A stretch of DNA of 44,277 nt from a virus. Lineage: Duplodnaviria; Caudoviricetes. Where the stretch lies: IMG/VR virus record IMGVR_UViG_3300043344_000001, positions 1 through 44,277 of that record; one strand, given 5' to 3'. Each line of letters begins with the position of its first letter. Within the stretch, counting starts at the first letter, position 1. Both the position numbers and the translations under genes were made by a program. Below the pieces are notes generated by a model. That model was not told where the DNA came from. It searched no databases and saw nothing but the letters and a program-made list of their open reading frames with translations. Shown here one piece after another: positions 17,105 through 23,969 of the stretch.

Positions 17105-17224
17105 GAAATGGGCGCATGTTCGGGCATCGGCTGTCGTGAATAAGTCAGCATCCGGGAAAGAGCCTCGACCCCTCAGAAGGACTCTTGCTGACCCCCACAT
17201 CTCACTTTGTGCTGGTGTAAAGCT

Positions 17225-17368
17225 TTAGCGGTACGAGCGGTTGGAAGAGTTGTTGGCGGTGCGGATGACCACCCAGATCAGCCAGAGGCCGCCGGTGAGG
17301 ATGGTGAGGGTGAAGTCCAGCAGGAGACTGCCGAAACCGTACTGCTTCTGGCGACGTCGACGAGACAT
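17225..17368 (-). CDS. Small membrane protein (47 aa, MSRRRRQKQYGFGSLLLDFTLTILTGGLWLIWVVIRTANNSSNRSYR)
   Basis: Translated by hand; SD GAAAGGA; LTILTGGLWLIW hydrophobic motif. Confidence 0.8.
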   Translation of the reverse strand: MSRRRRQKQYGFGSLLLDFTLTILTGGLWLIWVVIRTANNSSNRSYR

Positions 17369-17408
17369 GACTGATCCTTTCGGTGATCTGGATATGGAAC
17401 GGGACTGT

Positions 17409-18017
17409 TTAGCCGTGGTTCTTGTAGCGGAGTTTCATGAACTGTTCGCTGGGCATCTCGAGGAGCTCGGCTCGGGTGTAGTCCTCGACGTACTTGACGG
17501 AGCTATCGTTGGGGTTCTTCATCGCCTCTTCGAAGATACTCGCCTTGATTCCCAGCGGGTCTTCCTCCATCAAGACCCTGCCGAGGGGTTTGAGATTGAA
17601 GGCCGGCGCGGCCTCCTTGGGCAGCTCGACGAAGCGCGTACTCTCCCTCTGGTTCTCGACCAGGGCCGCCGGAAGGATTCCCTTGACGAACTCCACCATC
17701 TTGTCGGCCTGGAAGAGCTCGAGGAACAGCTCGACGTAGGCCTCGGACTGGGCGAACGAATTGCGGATCTCGTCTGACTTGATGAACCGTCGGCCATCCT
17801 CGTGACGCTGACCCACCGCCAGCAAGAGGATGTCCTCGTAGGCCCTGAGGATCGCCGACCGATCGTCGGCCGAGATGATCGCCTTCAAGTAGTCCTCGAG
17901 GCCGGTCTTGTGCGTCAGCTCCATCCGGGCGAGTTCGGCCTTGTTGATGTTGAAGTAGAACGTCTCCGTGAGCTCGTTTCCGTCGAGGTCGTGGAAGGTG
18001 ATGTCCTTTTTGAGCAT
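17409..18017 (-). CDS. Conserved hypothetical protein
   Basis: MLKKDITFHDLDG..ETFYFN..KAEL; SD GAAAGG. Confidence 0.8.
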   Translation of the reverse strand: MLKKDITFHDLDGNELTETFYFNINKAELARMELTHKTGLEDYLKAIISADDRSAILRAYEDILLLAVGQRHEDGRRFIKSDEIRNSFAQSEAYVELFLELFQADKMVEFVKGILPAALVENQRESTRFVELPKEAAPAFNLKPLGRVLMEEDPLGIKASIFEEAMKNPNDSSVKYVEDYTRAELLEMPSEQFMKLRYKNHG

Positions 18018-18034
18018 TTTGTGCCTTTCGGGCT

Positions 18035-18069
18035 AAAAGGAGAAGCTCTGTGTGGTTAACAGAGCTTCT
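18035..18069 (-). terminator. Cassette terminator hairpin
   Basis: 10-bp stem AGAAGCTCTG/CAGAGCTTCT, loop TTAACCACA, then CCTTTT. Confidence 0.7.
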
Positions 18070-18104
18070 ACCTTAGAGGGTCTTTAGACGTTGGAACGAA
18101 TGGA

Positions 18105-18284
18105 TCAGACGGTCTCGGGGGTCGCCTCGACGGTCTCCTCGGAACGCGACTTCCGCCACTTGACCACGGCGAAGACGGCGCCCGCAGCGATGAGGCTGGC
18201 GGCGACGACGATCACAGCGGTCTTGGTGGTGGGGGCGTTCGAGGCGGCATCGGTGACGACGGTCTCGAGCTCGGGGGTTTCCAT
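18105..18284 (-). CDS. Small single-pass membrane protein (59 aa, METPELETVVTDAASNAPTTKTAVIVVAASLIAAGAVFAVVKWRKSRSEETVEATPETV)
   Basis: Translated by hand; SD GGAAGGA after promoter copy 3; strongly GC3-biased codons. Confidence 0.8.
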   Translation of the reverse strand: METPELETVVTDAASNAPTTKTAVIVVAASLIAAGAVFAVVKWRKSRSEETVEATPETV

Positions 18285-18289
18285 TTTGT

Positions 18290-18338
18290 GGTCCTTCCAT
18301 TTAAAGGGGTCTCATTATGAGGTGTGTAGATCTTGCGA
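18290..18338 (-). promoter_or_regulatory. Cassette promoter plus RBS, copy 3
   Basis: TCGCA-AGATCT-AC-ACACCT-CATAAT-GAGACCCCTTTAAATGGAAGGACC. Confidence 0.85.
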
Positions 18339-19097
18339 TCAGCTGAGTCGGTTGTAATCCCGAATTGGAGCGATCGCAAACGTGAGGGTCATGCAAGGCC
18401 GACCGTCTTCAGACATCGTCGCTGAGAACTTCAGGTCGAGTTGCTTGTCGACGTTCCAACCGACCTCGTCCGAGACGCCCGTCTTGGTGAGACCGATCAG
18501 GTAGTAGAAGTCGCTCAACGATGCGTACATGTCGTTGAGAACTGTGCCGTTGATGTCGTTCTGAGCCTTCCGCAACGTCTCCATGTCGCTGTGGAAATAT
18601 CGTCCGGAGTACATGTCATGACAGAGGACGTCTCCGCCCCCCATAATGACAACTTCGCGGGACGGGGGATTGTTCGTCACCCGGTCCTGAGCGATCTCGT
18701 CACGGACAGCTTGCTCCTTGCGTTCGCCGATCTTCTCGACGACTTTCGCCTTGTACTCATCGAAGGCCTTCTCGGATATGGCGACCATCGCAGCCATGGC
18801 GGCAGCTCGACGAGTACCAATTCGGTTGGCCATGATGATGCAGGCGATCGTCGTACATCCCATGGCGGCAGCCGGGACGTATAGCTTCCAGGTTGTTTGT
18901 ACGCGTTCCTTGGGTGTCAGCGAACGCTTCTTGATGTCCTGCTCCTCGTAGAAGATCTGGTACGAGGCTTGGAAAGAAGCCTTTCCGGTCAGATATGCCG
19001 TAGCTAACGTTCCGGTGACTCCGATGGCGGTCAGAATCGCAGGAGAGTTGTCTGCAGCGAACTTGGTAACTCTCGCAACTAGACCACTAAAATTCAT
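18339..19097 (-). CDS. DUF6353-like protein, paralog 2
   Basis: DNSPAILTAIGVTG; YVPAA; DMYSGRYF; ASLSDFYYLIGL..DEVGWN. Confidence 0.8.
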   Translation of the reverse strand: MNFSGLVARVTKFAADNSPAILTAIGVTGTLATAYLTGKASFQASYQIFYEEQDIKKRSLTPKERVQTTWKLYVPAAAMGCTTIACIIMANRIGTRRAAAMAAMVAISEKAFDEYKAKVVEKIGERKEQAVRDEIAQDRVTNNPPSREVVIMGGGDVLCHDMYSGRYFHSDMETLRKAQNDINGTVLNDMYASLSDFYYLIGLTKTGVSDEVGWNVDKQLDLKFSATMSEDGRPCMTLTFAIAPIRDYNRLS

Positions 19098-19359
19098 CGA
19101 TTGCCTTTCGAAGATCTTGGAGGAACTTCTCGTTCTTCGCGTCGCGAATGTTCCTCCGAGCTACCATTCGTGCGACAGGTATCCCTAAGGCTTCTCGACG
19201 CCTCACTTCTGCACGTGCTTTGCCGATCCGTCGTACGCGCCGCCAGTATCGGAATTCGATGATCACGATGTAGAGTCCGAACAGAAGTAGCGTCAAGAGC
19301 ATACAGACGCCGAGAGCGATCCCCACGGCCATCAGCGCGACAAAGGTGATCTCAGCCAT
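19087..19359 (-). CDS. Membrane protein
   Basis: Long N-terminal hydrophobic segment followed by a basic region; TGATG coupling. Confidence 0.7.
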   Translation of the reverse strand: MAEITFVALMAVGIALGVCMLLTLLLFGLYIVIIEFRYWRRVRRIGKARAEVRRREALGIPVARMVARRNIRDAKNEKFLQDLRKAIDEF

Positions 19360-19628
19360 CACATACTCCAAGTTGGTTTGGCGTATTCGAATGTGAGGGC
19401 CCGCGCCAAAGCCTTGTTCTCACGATATGACTGCACCAGCTTTTGCATGTAGTCACTCTTGTCGTTGCGCCGGCGGCGATGAGGGTGTTGCTTCTTGGGG
19501 TGCTTTTCCCTTTGCTCCTCGAGAACCTCCATGATGATCGCCGGCGCAACCCAGAAGAAGAACGCAACGATCAAGCAGAACACGATCACCTTGAAGAGCA
19601 GAACGAGGAAGTTCAGAAACTCAAGCAC
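19359..19628 (-). CDS. Membrane protein
   Basis: GTG with SD GAAAGG; hydrophobic N-terminus and basic C-terminal half. Confidence 0.7.
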   Translation of the reverse strand: MLEFLNFLVLLFKVIVFCLIVAFFFWVAPAIIMEVLEEQREKHPKKQHPHRRRRNDKSDYMQKLVQSYRENKALARALTFEYAKPTWSM

Positions 19629-19651
19629 GACGGGAACCTTTCGATCGAAGA

Positions 19652-19686
19652 CGAAAACCTAAAACCCTTGTGGGGTCTAGGTTTGA
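19652..19686 (-). terminator. Cassette terminator, near-identical to 19982-20017
   Basis: TCAAACCTAGACCC-CACAA-GGGTTTTAGGTTTTCG. Confidence 0.7.
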
Positions 19687-19700
19687 TGATCTTGTAGGGG

Positions 19701-19823
19701 TCAGGCTTCGATGGTGTCAACAATCTTCTTGGCGATCAGCTGCGTTGCGACCACAACCGCGATGTTGGCGGTGATGATGGCAGCGAGCTTGACGGCCGGC
19801 TTGTTGGCAAGGTTCTTCAGCAT
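19701..19823 (-). CDS. Small hydrophobic peptide (40 aa, MLKNLANKPAVKLAAIITANIAVVVATQLIAKKIVDTIEA)
   Basis: Translated by hand; SD AAGGAG after promoter copy 4; followed by a terminator. Confidence 0.8.
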   Translation of the reverse strand: MLKNLANKPAVKLAAIITANIAVVVATQLIAKKIVDTIEA

Positions 19824-19828
19824 GGCTT

Positions 19829-19871
19829 CTCCTTGGTAGGGGTCTCATTAAGAGCCATGTAAAACCTGCGA
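19829..19871 (-). promoter_or_regulatory. Cassette promoter plus RBS, copy 4
   Basis: TCGCA-GGTTTT-AC-ATGGCT-CTTAAT-GAGACCCCTACCAAGGAG. Confidence 0.8.
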
Positions 19872-19872
19872 C

Positions 19873-19931
19873 AAAAATAAGAGTCCTGGCACTTGTTGCT
19901 CAGCAGGATGTACGGCCTTCCGTTTCCTCTC
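19873..19931 (-). ncRNA. Putative ~55-nt structured small RNA
   Basis: Promoter copy 5 is followed by no ORF, but by hairpins ACGG/CCGT and TCCTG/CAGGA and a TTATTTTT tract. Confidence 0.5.
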
Positions 19932-19956
19932 ATTATAGGCCTTGTGTTTTCTGCGA
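19928..19956 (-). promoter_or_regulatory. Cassette promoter, copy 5 (no RBS block)
   Basis: TCGCA-GAAAAC-AC-AAGGCC-TATAAT-GAGA. Confidence 0.8.
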
Positions 19957-19981
19957 ATCTCCCCCGGGAATTTTTCCAAAT

Positions 19982-20017
19982 CGAAAACCTAAAACCCTTG
20001 TGGGGCCTAGGCTTTTG
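19982..20017 (-). terminator. Cassette terminator, near-identical to 19652-19686
   Basis: TCAAAAGCCTAGGCCC-CACAA-GGGTTTTAGGTTTTCG. Confidence 0.7.
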
Positions 20018-20020
20018 AGA

Positions 20021-20236
20021 TCAGCGAGCGATGGCCTTTGTTGCGATCTTCGCAACCTCAATTGCGCCTTTGGTTACCATCAACAGAAAGACCAATCTTG
20101 AAAGCTGTCCAGCAACATCGACGACGATCTCGGCATATGCCTGAGCGATATCGATATTGTTCTGAGCTTCTTCAGTGGTGGTTTCTGACGTGGCGTCCTT
20201 GACGAGCTTGACGTTGAACGAACGATTCTTGAACAT
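20021..20236 (-). CDS. Small cassette protein (71 aa) with a hydrophobic C-terminus
   Basis: Lies between promoter copy 6 and a terminator. Confidence 0.8.
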   Translation of the reverse strand: MFKNRSFNVKLVKDATSETTTEEAQNNIDIAQAYAEIVVDVAGQLSRLVFLLMVTKGAIEVAKIATKAIAR

Positions 20237-20240
20237 TATA

Positions 20241-20285
20241 GGTCCTTTCGTAGGGGTCTCATTATAAGCTGAGTAAACCCTGCGA
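20241..20285 (-). promoter_or_regulatory. Cassette promoter plus RBS, copy 6
   Basis: TCGCA-GGGTTT-AC-TCAGCT-TATAAT-GAGACCCCTACGAAAGGACC. Confidence 0.85.
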
Positions 20286-20289
20286 ACGC

Positions 20290-20323
20290 CAAAAAAGAGA
20301 AGGCGTGTATTTTCTACACGCCC
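20290..20323 (-). terminator. Cassette terminator hairpin
   Basis: GGCGTGTA-GAAAA-TACACGCC then TTCTCTTTTTT on the minus strand. Confidence 0.7.
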
Positions 20324-20355
20324 CCGCTTCCGATTTCCTGGATTAGATCAGTAAG

Positions 20356-20748
20356 TCACTTGGTCTTCAGAATGAAGCTCAGGGCTTTGGAGGTTACAAC
20401 GTTTGCACGTTCGTAGCCGATGATCAGCAGGATTCCGGCGATGTTCGCGGCAACGATCGCCAGCGTATCCGGGCTCACACGACGGGATTTCTCGAATTCC
20501 TTCGTCTTGAGGTCCATCTCGAGTTCGGCAAGCTTTACTTTGGAGTAGTTCTCCATTTCAGCGCTTTCCGCCTCGATCTTCTTCAAGAGGAAATTGTCTT
20601 CGGTCTCCTTCATCTTGTAGAGCTTGGCTAGCTGGTCGACCATTTTCTTGTACTCGTCGGAATCACTGTTTACACCGGCCATTTCGGAAAATACTCCGTT
20701 GATGGCCTCTTCGAGCCCTGTGAGTTCAGTAGGGACGTTAATGCGCAT
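20356..20748 (-). CDS. Coiled-coil protein with a C-terminal hydrophobic segment
   Basis: VSPDTLAIVAANIAGILLIIGYER..VVTSKAL; follows promoter copy 7. Confidence 0.8.
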   Translation of the reverse strand: MRINVPTELTGLEEAINGVFSEMAGVNSDSDEYKKMVDQLAKLYKMKETEDNFLLKKIEAESAEMENYSKVKLAELEMDLKTKEFEKSRRVSPDTLAIVAANIAGILLIIGYERANVVTSKALSFILKTK

Positions 20749-20754
20749 AATGAT

Positions 20755-20797
20755 TCCTTTCAGAGGGGTCTCATTATACGACGTGTTTCCTACGCGA
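20755..20797 (-). promoter_or_regulatory. Cassette promoter plus RBS, copy 7 (first promoter after the late genes)
   Basis: TCGCG-TAGGAA-AC-ACGTCG-TATAAT-GAGACCCCTCTGAAAGGAA. Confidence 0.85.
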
Positions 20798-20806
20798 CCC
20801 GATTAT

Positions 20807-21169
20807 TCAGGGAATTCGAGGGGTGATCTTGAAACTGGCTTCCTTCTTCTGGTCGAGCTCGTCGACGTCCGAGTTCAGGATCAGCGAGAACATCTTTTTC
20901 CCGCCTTCGCTGTCGACCTCGATGGTCCCGTCGTATTTGGCTTCGCTGTTCTCATACCACTTCGTGCTGATGCTCAGAATGACACCCAGAAATGCATCGA
21001 GAACAGCGATCGTTCCGACGATTTCGGTGGCATTCGGGAGGTGCCAGATCTGACTCAGCGAGAAGTATGCTGAAGCAACCGCCGGTAAGAAGATCTGGGC
21101 GATGAACTTCAGCAGGTTGTACGACCGATCGGTCAGGAACGGCAACTTCGGGGTCTCGGGGGCAGTCAT
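20807..21169 (-). CDS. Holin (Dp-1-like)
   Basis: YNLLKFIAQIFLPA..YF.LSQIW.LP...IVGTI..LDAFLG.IL.IS...Y pattern with two TM segments. Confidence 0.8.
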   Translation of the reverse strand: MTAPETPKLPFLTDRSYNLLKFIAQIFLPAVASAYFSLSQIWHLPNATEIVGTIAVLDAFLGVILSISTKWYENSEAKYDGTIEVDSEGGKKMFSLILNSDVDELDQKKEASFKITPRIP

Positions 21170-21522
21170 TACGCCACTCCTTGATTTCTCTGAATTGGGA
21201 CGATCTCAGCATATCTTCCGTGAGACCTCAGTGGGAGCTGAGACACGTCCGCCATGACACGTTCGGCCACCCCGTTACCACCGATCGCCTTGTACGGCTC
21301 GTAAAGGTACTTCCGGTAGTCTTCGTACTCGTCTTTTGAGATCCAGCCTCGCTCGATGTAACCCAGACCGAGACTCACGATCTTGTCGTATGCGAGACCC
21401 ATCAAGAGGGTAGAAGTAGCACCCTTCTGATTATCGCGCTTCTGGATATATGCCCAGAACCCAGAAGACGCGACAATCGAAGCTGCCGCTGTTAAGATTA
21501 ACGGCACCCATTGCTCCATCAA
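21169..21522 (-). CDS. Membrane protein, lysis-associated
   Basis: N-terminal TM (ASSGFW); YEPYKAIGGNG motif; adjacent to the holin. Confidence 0.7.
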   Translation of the reverse strand: MMEQWVPLILTAAASIVASSGFWAYIQKRDNQKGATSTLLMGLAYDKIVSLGLGYIERGWISKDEYEDYRKYLYEPYKAIGGNGVAERVMADVSQLPLRSHGRYAEIVPIQRNQGVA

Positions 21523-21540
21523 TTTCCTCCTTGAGGTCTG

Positions 21541-22518
21541 TTACGTTGTTTCTTTCCAAACACCTGCTACGCGACCCCAAGGACGAGCGACTTTCCAAAC
21601 GCCACCTACCCTAACATAAGGGATGGCTTCTTTCCACACTCCACTGACCTTGATTCGAGCACCGGCGATGGTTTTTGCTATCGTCGCGTCTGACCAAGGA
21701 CTGAAGCCTACGGCGTTTTGTACCCTACCGAAGAAGTAGTACACCTTACCTGGACTCAAGCCAGATATGACTTGAGAGAGGCTACCAGTATGAGTACTTG
21801 TTGGTGCAGTTGAGCTCAGGCCCCAACCCAACTGATACGCCGTGATTACTGTTCCACCGTCACCATTTACTGTGATCGTCGCAATCGCACTGACTTGGTC
21901 AATGTACGATATCACAGGCGATGACGGAGCGTCGGGGACTCTGAAGGTTGTTGCGGAGCTTCGAATACTCCAAGCGCCGAATCCTTGAGCGTTTTGACCT
22001 CGAGCCCAGAAATAGTACGTGGTTCCTGAGGTGAGGCCTGAAATATGCGTTGAGTACGTGTTGATGAACGAAGTGGGTCCGTTCGGATCCGTTCCATACC
22101 CTATCTGCCAGATGAATATACTAGAGCCGCCGTCTCCGTTTCCAGAGAAGACAGCATCCATTCCGGTAGAGGATATGTTGGACAGAACCACCGCGTTCGG
22201 AGCCGGCGGAGCAGTTGCTCTCTGGATGAACACCGTGTGAGACGATGGACCACCAAAGCCGCTAGTGCCCGTGTTTCCCAGGTTGAACGTGACGTTCTGG
22301 TTGTAGCCCACATACCATACGCCAAGTCGACGCCAACCTGCGCCGGCGGGGTAATTGTACGACCCGCCGACGCCGCTTCCATTTACTGTGCCGCTCCATG
22401 GAATATGATCACTCCATGTGCTGCCATTGTTCGAGTTGATCCAGAACTCGATGTTTCCACCGGCGTCCCGAATCATCATTGAACCGGAACTACCTGTACC
22501 CCAAACGTAGTCAGTCAC
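21541..22518 (-). CDS. Minor tail protein with two fibronectin type III domains
   Basis: Two Fn3 repeats (GDGG..I..YQ..ISGL..G..YYF..R.QNA.GF..WS); C-terminal V.GVWK repeats. Confidence 0.85.
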   Translation of the reverse strand: MTDYVWGTGSSGSMMIRDAGGNIEFWINSNNGSTWSDHIPWSGTVNGSGVGGSYNYPAGAGWRRLGVWYVGYNQNVTFNLGNTGTSGFGGPSSHTVFIQRATAPPAPNAVVLSNISSTGMDAVFSGNGDGGSSIFIWQIGYGTDPNGPTSFINTYSTHISGLTSGTTYYFWARGQNAQGFGAWSIRSSATTFRVPDAPSSPVISYIDQVSAIATITVNGDGGTVITAYQLGWGLSSTAPTSTHTGSLSQVISGLSPGKVYYFFGRVQNAVGFSPWSDATIAKTIAGARIKVSGVWKEAIPYVRVGGVWKVARPWGRVAGVWKETT

Positions 22519-22526
22519 AGAAGCTC

Positions 22527-22766
22527 CTACGGCAGGATCTTGAAGTAGATATCTCCGTCGTTACCGCCGGTGGGGTCTGCCGTTCCTGACGTGATTCCTG
22601 CTGCTGTCCGATATGCGGCTTTTCCGACAGGGATGAGGCCTTTGGTTTGAGCGACCTCATCTCGAGTACGGTTGATCTCTTGTGCACCCAAGCGAACGCG
22701 ACCTTGTGTTCCCGTGTCAGGAACTAGCGGGAAGCCCGCCGCAAGAGCATCGTCTCCGATGGCCAT
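22527..22766 (-). CDS. Small tail protein
   Basis: GAQEINRTRD and TSGTADPTGGNDGDIYFK motif typical of fibre/baseplate proteins. Confidence 0.75.
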   Translation of the reverse strand: MAIGDDALAAGFPLVPDTGTQGRVRLGAQEINRTRDEVAQTKGLIPVGKAAYRTAAGITSGTADPTGGNDGDIYFKILP

Positions 22767-22781
22767 GGTAGTCCTCCTTCG

Positions 22782-23969
22782 CTACGGTTGGTCCGCCCAG
22801 TGTTCGGTGTCAGGAACATCAGCCCATACCTGGTTGTAATCCCAGGCGATCCAGGATCCAGGCGTAATGAAGGTGTTCAAGGACAGCGTCGGATAGGACC
22901 GTTCGCCTTCGTTGTCGGAGACAAAGATCTGCTCCGTGACTTGCATGTTATCCGTGGTACCGGAATCGTTTCGCTTCTCGACAAGATCTCCGAGATTGTA
23001 ATCGACTCCGTACTTGTACGAGACGTTGTGGCTGATTTCACCGTCAAAGCCGGCCAACCGACGATTCTTTGACAGCTCTTCTTTTCCTCGTTGAGTCAGT
23101 TTTGCCAGAATCACAGGCGCAGAATCTGGCGGATCTTGGATTGCGATGTCGTCCGCTTTGACCAACAACACGCGACGCTCGAGACCATCAGCATCTGTCG
23201 GATCGATTCCGTCCGGATACACCACAGCAGTTCCTGCAGGGGAGAACACGTAAGCTACGTTCTTGTACATAGCGTTCGTGGCCAACTCTGTAGTGTTTTG
23301 CAGGTTGTCTAGAGTGGGGCTGAACACCACCGCGGGGAGAGTGGACTGAGCTGTTGTCCGATCGCTCCCCATGTAGAAATCGAAGTACAGCTGCGACGTA
23401 TCGAAGTTTCGAATGAAGCGGAAACCGATCTCGTACACGTCACAGATATTCTTGATGGCTTCGTACACCGTCATCACTTCGAGCTCGACAGTGATGCTAC
23501 CTGTTGGTTCACTAATCGTGTCTTCTGGGAATATGCTGTCTTCGACGACACCGGGGATGATGTCTCGTACACTCAGCTGCCCCAAGACACAAATATCGTG
23601 GAAAATCTTCCGAACGATCACTGTTGGCGTACCCGTGAGAAGCCACTTCGGTTCCGCCGTCAGATCTGCCAGAGTATCTTTCGCCACTCGCCTATCGAGA
23701 ATCTCCTCGAATGAGCGACCGGTTAGTGTGAGAAGCTTCCGGCCATCACTGTCCGTTTTGTCCTGAACCGTCTCGATTATCATCATTCTGTACGAGTTGT
23801 TCATCGCCAGAGTTGTTCCGACAGTGAGACGAGTTCGGTTGTCGTTGGTCGACAAGAGGACCATTTCAAAGTCACCAATGTCTTTGAATCGCTCGGTCCA
23901 GATGAACGATTCAAAGGTGTCAATGACTGCTACACGGCGACGAAGGTTGTCGAGAATATAAGCCTCCAC
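22782..23969 (-). CDS. Minor tail / baseplate hub protein (ReqiPepy6 gp37-like)
   Basis: IDTFESFIWTERF..GDFE; YKYGVDYNLGDLV; position after Dit. Confidence 0.8.
   Translation of the reverse strand: MEAYILDNLRRRVAVIDTFESFIWTERFKDIGDFEMVLLSTNDNRTRLTVGTTLAMNNSYRMMIIETVQDKTDSDGRKLLTLTGRSFEEILDRRVAKDTLADLTAEPKWLLTGTPTVIVRKIFHDICVLGQLSVRDIIPGVVEDSIFPEDTISEPTGSITVELEVMTVYEAIKNICDVYEIGFRFIRNFDTSQLYFDFYMGSDRTTAQSTLPAVVFSPTLDNLQNTTELATNAMYKNVAYVFSPAGTAVVYPDGIDPTDADGLERRVLLVKADDIAIQDPPDSAPVILAKLTQRGKEELSKNRRLAGFDGEISHNVSYKYGVDYNLGDLVEKRNDSGTTDNMQVTEQIFVSDNEGERSYPTLSLNTFITPGSWIAWDYNQVWADVPDTEHWADQP

Noticed and set aside
18073-18300. 75-aa minus-strand ORF from the track
   Set aside because: The alternative frame 18105..18284 has the properly spaced SD, GC3 bias and a TM helix
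19873-19931. Hammerhead ribozyme reading of the small RNA (GAAAC-stem-GUA present)
   Set aside because: The required CUGAnGA core is not in the correct position (GCCAGGA instead)
16762-20797. Repeated ~30-45 nt motif considered as a CRISPR array
   Set aside because: Spacing is irregular (85 to over 1500 nt), intervals hold ORFs with RBS, and the repeat has promoter architecture; no cas operon
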